A stretch of 64,000 nucleotides of DNA from Macrostomum lignano (GCA_002269645.1 NIVC01000038.1:186001-250000), one strand, 5' to 3'. Positions 22,630 through 35,880 are shown, numbered from the stretch's first letter. Numbers and translations are program-made. Notes: generated by a model from the letters alone, not told the origin.

Positions 22630-25600
22630 TACGACAGTCCATCCTGATAGTTACCTCCATAGATTTCAAGAAGGCATTCGACTCGGTCGTCTGATCCCAA
22701 AGGTGCCAGAGCAGCTTGGCACCGCCCTCGTGGCAATGTACCCGGATAAAAAAGCTGCTGGTTCAACATTCAACATCAAACGGCCTATCGGACTTTTTTG
22801 AGACATCCTCTGCAGTTGCCGTTCCTGTTTTTGCTGGTGCTTGAACGGGTGCTGTGGATTGTTCCTCGGCAAGTCGTGCAGTCCAGGCGGTGGTCGAGAC
22901 CGTCCTGCTGTACGACCGTCCGTCCCAGCACGCTGGCCTGCTGAGCACCGCCTTCAAGATCAGCGAGTTTTTGACGCGGCACTGCAACGCCGTGCGACGG
23001 CCTGGTCCGTCAAAGCGACCTGTGGTCCAAGCGACCTGTTGCGCCGTCGGCGACTCCAGCTGGGAGGCTACACCATCAGCGGCGAGTTGTACAGCCTACA
23101 GCCGGTGCAAGAGTTGCCGCTGCTGGTGCTGTTGTTGTTGTTGTTGGGGCAAAGGCGCCGAGGGAATCAGAGACTTCGCCTCGCAAGCGCCACCGACCTC
23201 GCGGGGGCGACGGACAGAATCCCGGGGTCCAGGGTGTCCTCGTCAAACAGCTCGAGGCGGAGCCTCCGGAGGGCCGGGCAACCGAGCCAGTGCTCGAGGT
23301 CTTCCGGGCCCTCCTCGCAGCTTGGGCAGATGGGGTCCGCCGTCGGGTTGACGATGCGACTGTACGCGCGGAGAAGGCTGCAGTGGCCCGCGCGGAGCCT
23401 CGCCAGGAGCACGGGATCCTGACGATTCTGAAGTTCGGCGCGGTCGCGTTGCCGGTTGAGCGCGCGGTACACGGAAATCGTGCAGGCGTGGGTCAGGGGC
23501 GGGTCGCCGATCTCGCGCCTGACCGCTGCCACCGCGCTGCTGTACGAGGTCTTGCTGACGCGCCAGCGATGGATGCGGCATTTTTGGCAGCTGCGTCCGC
23601 CATCTCGTTACCAGGGATGCCGCAGTGCGCTGGGATCCACTGGAGAGTGAGGGAGGCAACCCGGCAGTTCAAGTCTGGGAGCGAGCATCTCGGCTCGATG
23701 CTCATGAGGGCGTCGAGCAGTGCTCGACTGTCGGAGCAGATCAACACCCGGCCGGTGACTTGATGGTCGTTGAGCCAGGCCATGGCCAGTCCGAGGGCCG
23801 ACACCACAGGGTCCAGAAACAGAATAAAAAGCAGCGGGGTGATGACTGAGCCCTGCGGGAGCCCTTGGCGAAGCCGGCGGTAGCGTCCGTTGGTGCCGTT
23901 GACGCACACGCGGGCTTGGCGGTTGCTGAGAAAGGCGCGGACCCACCGGACGTAGATCCCTGGTACACCTTTCTCGATGAGAGTGAGGAGTAGGCGCTTA
24001 ATCCAGACTTTTTCATAGGCTTTACTAAAATCGAGAAACGCCATGATGGAGCGCAGCATGGGCGAGTTCTGGAAGCCGTCGCTGATGCTCTGGACAGCTG
24101 ACAGAATTTATTCCTCGCAGCTGCGGAGTCGGCGGAAGCCGGCCTGCTGTTGTGAGAGCCAGCTGCGGGACTCAGCCAAGAAGGTGAGGCGCGCGGTCAT
24201 CATGCGTTCCAGCAGCTTGACAACGCAGGAGGTGAGGCTGACCGGGCGGAAGGAAGCCAAGTCGCCGGGTGGCTTGCCCTTCTTGAGCAGCGGAATGATG
24301 GTGGCATTTCTCCACTGCTGTGCCACGATGCCCCTGGAGAAGGACTGGTTGAACAGTGCGAGGAGCTCGGCTCTGGCGATGGGGCCCAAGGCCTTGAGGA
24401 AGCGCGGCGAGACGTCGTCCGGGCCGGGGGCGCCAGTGGCTCGTTGTTGCTTGATGGCCGCGTCGAGCTCGTGTTCCAAGAATGGGGCGCACTCTTCAGC
24501 CTCCTGGTTGGTGTCGCAGGCGCGTACGGCAGACTTAGCGGAGCGGTTGGCGGCGCGGTCGGCTTTGTTGAAGTGGAGACGGTTGACCGCCGCGTAGTGC
24601 TTGATGAAGATCTCAGCCTTACTCGCGTCGTCGCAGTAGGTTTTGTCTCTGACGGACAGGGCCTCGTTATCGGCGTTGTCGCCCGGGGTACCGCTGAGGC
24701 TGCGGACGAGGCGCCAGGCCTTGGTGGCATCTTGGCATAGGTCGGTGTCGCACAGGAATTCCCGCCAGCTCTTCTCCTTGCTCTCGCGGGAGAGTGTAGC
24801 GGCGTCCGCACAGGCTTGGAGCCATTCGGCGCGGCGGTTACCGACGTCTCTGCGAAGGCGATTGCGCTTGCGAATGGCCTCGCGAGCCTCCTGGGAGAGC
24901 CAGGGCCGGGCTGGACGTTTGGAGGACTTTTTCCCGACGTGGCGGTGTGCCGATACTATGATGGCCTCCGTGAGGCGGCTGGCTCGTTCTTTGAATGAGA
25001 CGCCGGTGCTTTTGAAGGTGGCGACTTGGGAGTCGACGTCCTGGGCAAACGCCGTCCAGTCCACCCCGGTGCTTCTCCAGAAAGTCCTGGTCTGACGATG
25101 GAGATTCTCGGTGGTGCAGCGGAGGTGGATGGCGATTGCGAGGTGGTCGGAGCCGAGGTCGTCGAGGGTACTCCAAGAGGTGCGGTGATGCCAAGCGTTG
25201 CGGCAAAGCGATACGTCTGGCGTGCTCTCGCCGCCTGTACCGCGGTTAATTCTGGTTGGTGAGCCGTCGTTCACGACCGTCAAGCCATGTTCAGTGGCCC
25301 AGTCCAGCAGGGTGTCGCCACGACCATCGGCCGGTTGGGTCTTGTCCCAGATGGCCGAGTGGGCGTTGAAGTCGCCGGCAAGCAGGTCGGCGTCCGTTAG
25401 GAGGGTCGACCAGAGTACCTCGCCGTGTTCTTCGCCGCCACGGACAGGCGGGACGTACACGTTGTCCACGTCCAGGGATTTCTTGGAGCTCAGGAAGATA
25501 CGCACGCGGCAGGCTTCGATTGGCTCGCGGGTCGTCACCGGCTTGCGTTCGAATGCGAGACAGTCCCGGATGAATGTAAGCAGCCCACCTCCGCCGTCCG

Positions 25601-26910
25601 GCCGCTTGCGGTCCACCCGAACCACGGCGTAACCAAGGAGGCAGGGGGTGGGGTCCTGCTGGCGCAGTTTGGACTCCTGGATCAGAATCAGGTGCAGTTT
25701 GGTGCAGAGTTGATGCAGTTTGCCAGCTCGGCGACCCGGGTTGAGATGCCGTCCGCATTCCACTGAAGAATCAGCGGGGATTCCTGGCGGGTCGTGGTGC
25801 GGAGGCAGGCGCGCTGGGTGGTGGTCCGGGCCTGAGTCGTGGTCTGGTTAGTGACTGCCGTCTCGTGTGCCGCCTGAGTTGAGGTGCAGGCCGGGCAGGT
25901 CCAGTGACCCTGGGTGGCAGCCAGGTCGGCCGCAAGCCTGGTGAGACGGGTGCATTTCTTGTGGAACTTAGCATTACACTGACGGCAGGCGATGGGGTGG
26001 TGGTTAGAGCAGAAGAGAGAGTAGCACCCGCTGCAGCAGCCAGAGTCTTGAGTCTGCGGGCGGGGGTGACCGGCAGCCGCGGGGCGCCTATCCGCGATCG
26101 GGCGGCCGGCCAGGGACCTCACCGCAGGTGGGGTGTGGACGGGGCAGCGCCAGCGAGGGCAGCCATTGAAGCGCGGGATGCTGCTGCATTTGGTTGTACG
26201 GTGGCAGGTTGACGTGCAGCCGGCGGTTGCGCACCGTAGCGGAGTGATGCCGGAGCGGATTGGGCCCGAGCAGGCATTGCAGTTGCCGGGGGCAGCTGCC
26301 TCTGCGGTTGGCGGGTTGCGGGGGGTGCGCTCTGGTCCGCCGTGGTGTTGGCAGAGCCAGCGTTGGTTCTGTTGGTATCGGCGGATGCCGCTGCAAGATG
26401 GTTGCTTGTGGCAGCGGGTGGGGCACTGACCGGACTGGCAGGAGAGGAAGTTCGAGCCTCTTCTGATGGGGCGACCGCAGCAGTCGCAGTCGGGCCCGGG
26501 GTTTAGTTCAATGTCGCCTGCGAGCCGGGCGAGCAAACTGAGCCAGAAAAAGAGGCTGATGACGATGATGACATGTCTGGACACCGGGAAGTGATCGTGC
26601 TTGGCGATGGATCATGCCCACCTTCTGTGGTGCCAAGCTGGCAGGCGTAAGCCTGGCAAAGAGGCTCAGATCTTGGCACGGTCGTAGCTGTCCGACCATC
26701 CGGGTCGCCGGGTAGAGGCGATGCCCATGACCGCGGCCACGGTGCTGTTGTGGCCGCCTACGTCCGTTGACGTAGCGGGCTGCTGGTGCTGCAGTCTACC
26801 TACCGGCAAGAGGACATCGCGCTCTCGGCGTTCCGTTGACTGTCTGTTGGCTGACGGCGCCCCTTATTTGGTCGGTGGCGCAGCTTTTGTTTGCGACCTA
26901 GCCTAGAAGT
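22630..26910 (+). mobile_element. Second copy of the RTE relic, split by the Ingi-like insertion
   Basis: 22630-23131 plus 26779-26910 reconstitute the sequence seen uninterrupted at 1840-2400. Confidence 0.7.
23132..26778 (-). mobile_element. Ingi-like (I-group) non-LTR retrotransposon: 2A peptide, 3 PHD-like fingers, APE, partial RT, partial RNase H, C-terminal CCHC
   Basis: 13-bp TSD GCTGCTGGTGCTG (23119-23131, 26779-26791), (CAA)5 tail, GDIELNPGP, ILQWNADG/GDFNAH/SDH (APE), QAGFRR/FLDFSKAY/GLPQGS (RT), WIPAHCGIPGNEMAD (RNase H). TAA stop at 24108-24110, two frameshifts and an internal deletion. Confidence 0.9.
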
Positions 26911-28137
26911 GTGCTATGTGACGTTGCTTTTCTAAAGACTGCTTTGTTGTTGTTGTACAAGCAAGTGCTTTTTGATACTTCCTAATTAGAAGCAGTTAAA
27001 TGTATGCTTTAGACACTCAACGTTTTGTTTTACCGTTTGTTTCAATTACAGTGTTACATCGTTTCCCGATTCCGCTCATTTTCGTCCCGTAGCTACCCTT
27101 CAGCACGATCTTTTCCAGGTCTCTAATGCGATTAAAAGGCCTGATATAATTGTTATTACAGTTTTAACAGCAATTGTTTTGAGAATGGCCGTTGGGTTCA
27201 TTAAATGAATATGAAGGCAAACTTCCTCTATAATGGGTAGCATGTAAATTGCATGGCTTTAGCGAATTAATAAGAAAAAATCATCTAATCTCTGTTTGTG
27301 CTTAGCAAATATTTCTGTTCTAAAAATAGCATATAATTGACACAGAATTGTTTTTTTCAGTTCAAAACAGGAAGGCTCGGTGTCTAAGACTTAGTATATA
27401 AACACATACAGTCGCATGCTTCTCTATGCATGCTTTCTGTATGTCTCTCACTGCTGCATTGCAGAATAATAAGGCCATTATATTTACGAAACGGAAGCTT
27501 TTAAGAGAAAAATATTTTCTGACAAGCATTAACGAAACGCTTATTAATTATCCTGTTTTGTTTAAATATGAGTTCTTTAAAGTTTTTTTACGCATCCATT
27601 TCTAGTAAATATCGCATCAGGCTAGCTTTAAAATTTATGCCAAAATTAAACTATTGCTAATAAGTTTATTAGTCATTAAATCGTTATAGATAATTGGCGT
27701 CGTCTTTAACGAGAAGCCGACGGATACGCTGCAGTGTCAATTTGATTGATTGATTGTATTTAGTGCTGTGTATTTATTTGAAAATGTGAAACTACGAGTA
27801 TACTAACACAATAGAAACAGCATTGGAATAGATCATGTAAATGTGGAGGAGGGAGGGGAAGGCATGCAAGAAGGCAATATCAACGGAAACCCCTTTCTTC
27901 AGGTAATCTCGATTTGGCTTTTAAAATAGAAAAACATGGGCAGCGTTTAATGGGGCCTTGGTCGGCGAATGCTGTGCAGCAGGGCCGTCACCTGCCCTGC
28001 CCTGACAACGAAATGGCGCCTGTCCCTGCCTGTCTCCTCTATCAGGATGCTGATCGCTTTGCGCAGAAACGCCACAAAGGTCTTGATGCCTCCGTGCTGG
28101 CGGTAGACGATACACGATTCACGACCAGAAGCAGCAT

Positions 28138-28560
28138 GGGATAGGTTGGGGGATGGGTTGTGGATGGGTTGTGGATGGGTTGGGGGATGTGTTAGGGATG
28201 GGTTGGGGATGGGTTGGGGATGGGTTAGGGATGGGTTGGGGATGGGTTGGGGGATAGGTTGTGGGATTGGTTGGGGATGGGTTGGGGATGGGTTGTGGAT
28301 GGCTGGTGATGGGTTGTGGGATGGGTTATGGGATGTGTCAGAGATGGGTTAGGGATGGGTTGGGGATGGGTTGGGGGATAGGTTGTGGGATTGGTTGGGG
28401 ATGGGTTGGGGATGGGTTGTGGATGGCTGGTGATGGGTTGTGGGATGGGTTATGGGATGTGTCGGAGATGGGTTAGGGATTGGTTGGGGATGGGTTGTGG
28501 GATGGGTTATGGGATGTGTTAGGGATGGGTTAGGGATGCGTTGGGGATGGGTTGGGGAAC
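28138..28560. repeat. G-rich GGTTGGGGAT-type repeat
   Basis: Longer homolog of 3655-3875. Confidence 0.85.
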
Positions 28561-30270
28561 GCAGCCGTACGATCGAGGATTTTCTATTAAACACGTCATG
28601 TGGGGGCGCCACTCCACACAGTTTTGCAACCATTTCATTTCATGCTTAATTCTTCTGCTCAGACTTAGCGAAAAACAAAAACTCTGTAGAAATTAGCTGT
28701 CAGATTATCTACACTCAGTGCATACGAAGTTCCCCAGTTTCTGTCTTCTTAATAATTAAAGCATAGGTTGGATAACTGTGTCGCAGACAGCAATGTAAAT
28801 GCATGGCTATTTATTTACTATAAATAGAAGCATCAGCATCTGCGATGCTGTGCTTTGCATTTTACCTCTCTATTGTTCTACATAACCAGTTCGAGCTGTG
28901 CACTGCAAAACCTCTGGTTATATATTATATATCGCGTTGAGCGCTGTAACAGAAGCAGTCTACCTTTACAAAATATCTGCATACAGACTATAAGTGCTTC
29001 ATCGCGAACCATATCGAAATATTTACAGATTTTCAGGAATTGACGTTACTGTGTGTAAGTTTCATATGTGATTCTAAAAAATGCTTGCATTGCTCAGCAC
29101 ACCCTATGGCTGCATAGTGTTTAGCATGGCTCTCGTTAAACTTGCTGCGAATAGTTTTGTCGCTATTTTCCATCGAACCTCAAAATTTTGAAATAATTCA
29201 AGTCTGTATAGATTATCTCTATAGACGTGTAAAACAACAAGAATGGTTTACGTTAAAATTCATATGCAGCTTACAAAATCAGACTGGCTGTAATTCACAG
29301 ATCGCCTTGTGATGCTTCAACACATTTTAATCACAGTGCCTTGAAATCCAAGAGACTGCTCACGCAGCTAGAATCTCGACACTCCTAGAACTTTGACATC
29401 TCAGCACTTGAACATTTACGACTTCTTGATGCCCAGAACGCGTGCAACAGTTCTAAATGCACCGACTGCTTTGAGTCTTTTCACATTAGGCAGAGTGATG
29501 TAACCACGCTCTGGTCGCGGGATCTGGTGGGGGGAAATTTTCGGAATCTCCCAGATCTCCTTTGACCCACCGGGCAGAGCTGTAGAGACTGGGCCGGGTC
29601 CCTGACCAGGCCAACTGACTCCCGCTCTGTTGCATCCCCCTGCCGGCTCAGTTCCGTCTCCCACTCAGCCACACGTGCCTTTCCGGAGCCCCTTTTTGTG
29701 CACCTCGTCTGCCTTCCCCATTTTTCACGCGCCCCACCCCATGTATCATGTACTTCTCATGTTTCTCATGTTTCTCATCAGGTTTTAGCCCGTTTTTCTT
29801 GCGCTGTCCCGTTCTCATCCCGTGCTTATACTTACAGTATTGCCTGTGCTCACCATCGCCCCATCTCCTTTCATCACCCCCTCTTGCGCAACCTTTTCCT
29901 AATGCCATTGTTCTCTTCTCAAGATTTCTCATGTGACACCCACCCCTCCTTCGCTCCTATTGTTCTCGTTTCTGATTGCTTTGTTATCAATAACCTATAT
30001 ATTACCTAATTATCACTTTTTCCCAGATTTTCCCAGATTTTCTCGTTCTATTGTTCTCCTTTTCGCGTCCAATTAGCGCCTTTTCTCCAATGTTTACTTT
30101 TCTATTGTTCTCGGTTCTCCCCAATTATCCCCGATTTCCATTTACTTTGTTCTCGTTCCGGATCTCATTGTTCTCAATATTTGCTTGCGCAACACTTCCT
30201 CGACCCCTCCTCCCGATTGCGCAATTCTCTCATTTCTCATGTTGCTATGCCGATCTCATGCTTCTCATTG

Positions 30271-30308
30271 TGACTCATTCTGACGTCATTTCTCCGGCAG
30301 CCAATCAG
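30271..30308 (+). promoter_or_regulatory. Candidate promoter cluster AP-1 / CRE / CCAAT
   Basis: TGACTCA 30271-30277, TGACGTCA 30281-30288 and CCAATCAG 30301-30308, followed by a GC-rich UTR-like segment. Target gene not established. Confidence 0.35.
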
Positions 30309-32057
30309 AGAGAGGGAGTCATGGAAACGACCTTGGAGCGGCGGCTGTGAGGACTATTTGATGAAGCGATTTTCGGCGTGAGAACCTTCAACTGTTTTCC
30401 CGCTCGTCCTCTCTTTGGACTTGCCGTCAGACGCCCGTCTGACCCCCCATTCGTCTATATGGCGAACCTCTGCCGGCCCGCGGTCTGATACCGCCCAGCA
30501 TCCCCAGCATCGCCTGAGCTACATCAGCGCCTCGTCGCTTCAGCGCATCGCCGCTTCACTACCTGCCTGTCCGCAGTCTACAGCCGCCCCAGGTCACTCC
30601 ATCGCTCTCTCTCTCTGTGCAGCTGCCGGAGAGTTCCTGAACTAATTTGTACTCTAATTGCCTTTGCTTATCCGGGGTTTGCTTATTTCCATTGCTTGAC
30701 TAGAGAACTGAGCCAATTGTGTACCGTACTTTGCTGTATTTTACTCAATAGTGAAGCCGCCTAATTGCCTGATTATTTCGCCTAAGGGCCTAATTATTAA
30801 CGACTTATTAACGACGAATTATTAAAGCCATCATTTCACTCATGGCTTGCTGAGCCTTTCTCCTTGGGTGGCAAAGCATAAGGAAGTTTGGGTAAGCTAA
30901 TGGCCCTCCCCCGTGCAAAGCCCGCCTGTGTGTGCGTGCTGCGGGTCCGTGTGTGCGTGCAGTAGAGGTAATTAGCGGTTCATGGCACAGAATGGCAGCA
31001 GGAAGGTTGCAACACCCTGCTTACGCGTCCCTTTGCCCTGAGCAGTCTAAACTATATAGCTAGTGCATGTTCACCTAACACTACTCTTAGTAATTGACGC
31101 CGCAAGTCCGCCTCATTCACAGCCACAAAGGATCCCCTGCTGAGAAGTCCTCCAGATTGATCCCAGAGTTCCCGAATATGCCCCAAGCAGGGTGAGTCCT
31201 TGCACTCGGCTGCATGCGTCTCCCCTGTTAGCCTAAATCCCATGGTAACCAATCCAGGCGGGGCTCTAGCCTCGAAAGGTCTGGTCGTAAGATCCAGGTG
31301 CGCCAGGTCACATAGAGTGGTGGCAGCCATTCGGTCACCCTGTGACCGAGTGACCAATTATTGCACCTTGGCTACAGGAGGGGTCCATGTGGGTCCTTGG
31401 CCCTCTGGTCACGAAAGCGCTACCAAAACTATCAATCATGTTGGCGAGACAGTCTGGTGCTCGAGGTCCGTCAGGTCATTGTCCGGTCATAGGCAGCCTA
31501 TGGTCATGCGCTCTCCTCCCCGCGGAGCAGACGGTCATCAAGAGCGGTTATATCAAGAGGATGTCGACTGTGTGCCGCAAAAGTACCTATTTCCAGAAAT
31601 TCGGATTGCTGTGTAGGAACCGTATCACTTTCGCAATTTAACTGTCTCCAACTATAAAAATCAAAACTGTCTGTCTGTCTGTCTGTTTGTGTGTGTACAA
31701 TTTTGATCGCTATTGAATCCCAAACTGCTCAACGTTTGGGACTACAAACAATCTTCAACTTTTTTGACAGAATCGTGTCTCAGATAATTCCAAGTCTCAG
31801 AGTTAATAATCCTGAACAGCGCTGTGCACTTTTAAAGATAGGCTGCTCTTTTTCAGCTTTTTTCAGCTCTATCTAAGTGTAAAGATTCAACTCTGTAACT
31901 CAATCAGAACAGAAACTGTAAGCATGTGAAGTTTGTCTGCTTTATTGTTGTTTGTGCCACTCACTCAGTTACTCATTCCCCCTAGAGCCAGACAAAGGTC
32001 AGGCGATAGAGCTGAATGTACATGGCAATGTACAGTGTTTTGGAATAACTTTATTTA

Positions 32058-33290
32058 CACCAGTGCCTTTAGCACCAGGGGCGCCAGCACCAAGGGCGCC
32101 AGCACCAGGGGCGCCAGCACCAAAGGCGCCAGCACCAGGGGCGCCAGCACCAGGGGCGTCAGCACCAGGGGCGCCAGCACCAGGGGCGCCAGCACCAGGG
32201 GCGCCAGCACCAAGGGCGCCAGCACCAGGGGCGCCAGCACCAGGGGCGCCAGCACCAGGGGCGCCAGCACCAGGGGCGCCAGCACCAACGGCGCCAGCAC
32301 CAGGGGCGCCAGCACCAGGGGCTTTAGCACCAGGGGCTTTAGCACCAGGGGCTTTAGCACCAGGGGCTTTAGCACCAGGGGCTTTAGCACCAGGGGCGCC
32401 AGCACCAGGGGCGCCAGCACCAGGGGCGCCAGCACCAGGGGCGCCAGCACCAGGGGCGCCAGCACCAGGGGCGCCAGCACCAGGGGCGCCAGCACCAGGG
32501 GCGCCAGCACCAGGGGCGCCAGCACCAGGGGCTTTAGCACCAGGGGCGCCAGCACCAGGGGCGCCAGCACCAGGGGCGCCAGCACCAGGGGCGCCAGCAC
32601 CAGGGGCTTTAGCACCAGGGGCGCCAGCACCAGGGGCGCCAGCACCAGGGGCGCCAGCACCAGGGGCGCCAGCACCAGGGGCGCCAGCACCAGGGGCGCC
32701 AGCACCAGGGGCGCCAGCACCAGGGGCGCCAGCACCAGGGGCGCCAGCACCAGGGGCGCCAGCACCAGGGGCGCCAGCACCAGGGGCGCCAGCACCAGGG
32801 GCGCCAGCACCAGGGGCGCCAGCACCAGGGGCGCCAGCACCAGGGGCGCCAGCACCAGGGGCGCCAGCACCAGGGGCGCCAGCACCAGGGGCGCCAGCAC
32901 CAGGGCGCCAGCACCAGGGGCGCCAGCACCAGGGGCGCCAGCACCAGGGGCGCCAGCACCAGGGGCGCCAGCACCAGGGGCGCCAGCACCAAGGGCGCCG
33001 TCACCAGGGGCGCCAGCACCAGGGGCGCCAGCACCAGGGGCGCCAGCACCAGGGGCGCCAGCACCAGGGGCGCCAGCACCAGGGGCGCCAGCACCAGGGG
33101 CGCCAGCACCAGGGGCGCCAGCACCAGGGGCGCCAGCACCAGGGGCGCCAGCACCAGGGGCGCCAGCACCAGGGGCGCCAGCACCAGGGGCGCCAGCACC
33201 AGGGGCGCCAGCACCAAGGGCGCCGTCACCAGGGGCGCCAGCACCAGGGGCGCCAGCACCAGGGGCGCCAGCACTAGGGGCGCCAGCACC
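32058..33290. repeat. 15-bp GC-rich minisatellite (CACCAGGGGCGCCAG)n, ~82 units
   Basis: Near-perfect array with variant blocks; the same variant unit recurs at 32991 and 33216 (225 bp = 15 units apart). Confidence 0.97.
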
Positions 33291-34484
33291 CAGCTCAAAG
33301 TTCAAAATTGTCTAAAAATGATCGACCTTAAAATTGGAAAGTGACAGTTCAGAACCGCCGGGTCGGTCTTAAATAGCGAATTTCAATGCTTTTTCAGTGT
33401 GCATTTTTCAGTAGTCACAAAATAATTCAATGCTTTTTAGCGTCAAAAAAGTTGTGTTTTGCCTGAGCCCCAGCCAGCTGCTTGAAATGAAAATATACCT
33501 GCGACTGATTTTAATTACTTTTATTTTTTATTAACCAGTATGGCAAATCTGATTCTTATTTCAATATTCATTATCTCATAAGTAGCATATTCAGCACAGC
33601 TATACTAATTTCTTATATTTCAATTGATTCAAATTTGCTTCAATTTGATTTTCAGCTTCTCAAAGTTGCGCGAGTTTCAAACTAGATAAGCCTCAGCTCT
33701 GAGCTCGTCCGGAATGTCGTCCGAAATTCGACTGCCGACATTAATTCTAGTTCTGACGCTGGCTTGGCATCGAGCTTCGTGTGCTTCGGTTTCAGGAGAC
33801 TTATCCGCAGGTGAGTTGGGTTTTAAGGTAGCTTAAATGACTGTTAATAAGTTTTCCATTGATTTTCAATATGAAGGTTCTGAGGAGGACGCCAACGAAT
33901 TGCACGGACGAGGCGAGCCGCCTGCAGCGAGGGCGACTGCAAGAATGGCGGGATTTGCTGACCGGGTGCTGTGACGTCAGACACTCCTCCGTGTCTGTGC
34001 ACTGAGGCGTACACTGGCACTTATTGCACTGATAGGGAACAATTCTGTGCAATCCTTGCCAATCCTTGCCAAAACGGAGGCACCTGCAGCAACACAGATG
34101 CGAGCCCCTGGTATCACTGCAGCTGCGTTCCCGGCTACACAGGTGAGTGACCCTTGCTGCAAATCAAAATTTGAAACTTCAAAAAATGTTTTAGAACTAC
34201 TATTATCTCAATAAATTTGTAAAATTGTTGACTTAGGGTGAACCAGATCAATTCAATCGAACTTAAAATTTTTATTTATGTTTTTATGTTTTTAACGTGG
34301 AAGTTTTTAACAGAAAGTTTATTTTGTAAAATTTATAAAGAATAATTTAACAACATTGCATCACGATTGTAGCAAAGCTAACAATTGACTTAAAATTCCC
34401 GAAATCTTATCTCGATTTCTGTCTAGCAAACGAATACAATCATTCCATACAATAAGACACCTAACAAAACTCGTACAGCCTCTC

Positions 34485-35035
34485 AGAGATCCCGTCCATC
34501 ATCTTAAAAATCCTATCTTTATTCCCACAGAACCCATCCATCATCTCACAGATCCCATCCATCACCTCACAGATCCCATTCGTCACCTCACAGAACCCAT
34601 CCATCATTTCACAGATCCCATCCATCATCTCACAGATCCCATCCATTACCTTACACATCCCATCCATCATCTCGCAGATCCCATTCATCATCTCACAGAT
34701 CCCATCCACCATCTTACAGATCCCATCCATCATCTCACAGATCCCATCCATCATCTCACAGATCCCATCCATTACCTTACACATCCCATCCATCATCTCG
34801 CAGATCCCATTCATCATCTCACAGATCCCATCCACCATCTTACAGATCCCATCCATCATCTCACAGATCCCATTCATCATCTCACAGATCCCATCCACCA
34901 TCTCACAGATCCCATCCATCATCTCACAGATCCTATTCATCATCTCACAGATCCCATCCATCACCTCACAGAACCCATGCATCATCTCAAAGATCCCATC
35001 CATCATCTCAAAGATCCCATCCACCATCTCACAGC
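34485..35035. repeat. 21-bp intronic minisatellite (gene 3 intron 2)
   Basis: Same unit as 9075-9880. Confidence 0.93.
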
Positions 35036-35499
35036 CCCTTCAAAACAGATGAGTTATTTTCATTTTCCCTCCTCCAATGTCATCTACATTGGTTTAAAAG
35101 TACATTTCGGCAAAGCTACGCGTAAAGCAATTCTCCGCATTGTAAAAAATATGAATTGTCAACTGGTCAGTTGGTGTCAGGACACAAGCCAGTCAGGACG
35201 GCATTCACACAGAAATGCCTCAGCTGAAGTCTCTGATTATTTTTTCCTTCCTTTCGATTTTGCAATCTGCTGCAGGCACCAACTGCGAGATCAACATTGA
35301 TGACTGCGCCAGCAAGCCCTGCGCCAACGGCCTGTGCTCAGACTTGGTGAATGACTACAGCTGCAGCTGCTTCGCAGGCTGGGAGGGCAGAAACTGCAGC
35401 ATCAACCACAACGACTGTCCGACGGGCGCCTGCCTCAATGGCGGCAGGTGCATTGATGGCAACGGAACGTGAGTTCTCCTTATTGACTTGACTCAGCTG

Positions 35500-35880
35500 C
35501 AGGGGGCTCTGGGCATCCGCGGATGCTGCGGAGAGGCGTCAACGCCCATTCCGCTCACCTCTGGCGACCACGGGAAGCTGGTGCTGTGGTGTCGCGCAGG
35601 GAGATCTGCAGGATGGTAGACAATGAGATAGCGGGCGATCCGGCAAAAATTCCCAGTCCTGAAAGCATAGAAAAAATCGGGTTCTGGCCGAGGTAGGTGA
35701 GCCTGTCTTTGTAAGGCCGGCATTCACAGATGAAGTGCTCCGCATTCTCAACACCGGAGATGCATAAAGGACTTTCCTCACTGGCAAATTTTTACCTGAA
35801 GGTAGCGATGTCTGGCAAAACAGAATTGGCATGAGAGGGCCATTGTTACCACCCTGATGTCCCTGCGGTTGAGTTCTTCA
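35500..35880 (-). mobile_element. 3' fragment of an I/R1-type LINE (C-terminal CCHC region)
   Basis: Minus-strand LNRRDIRVVTMALS...PLCISGVENAEHFICEC...DRLTYLGQNP across a frameshift; absent from the homologous intron of gene 2. Confidence 0.6.
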
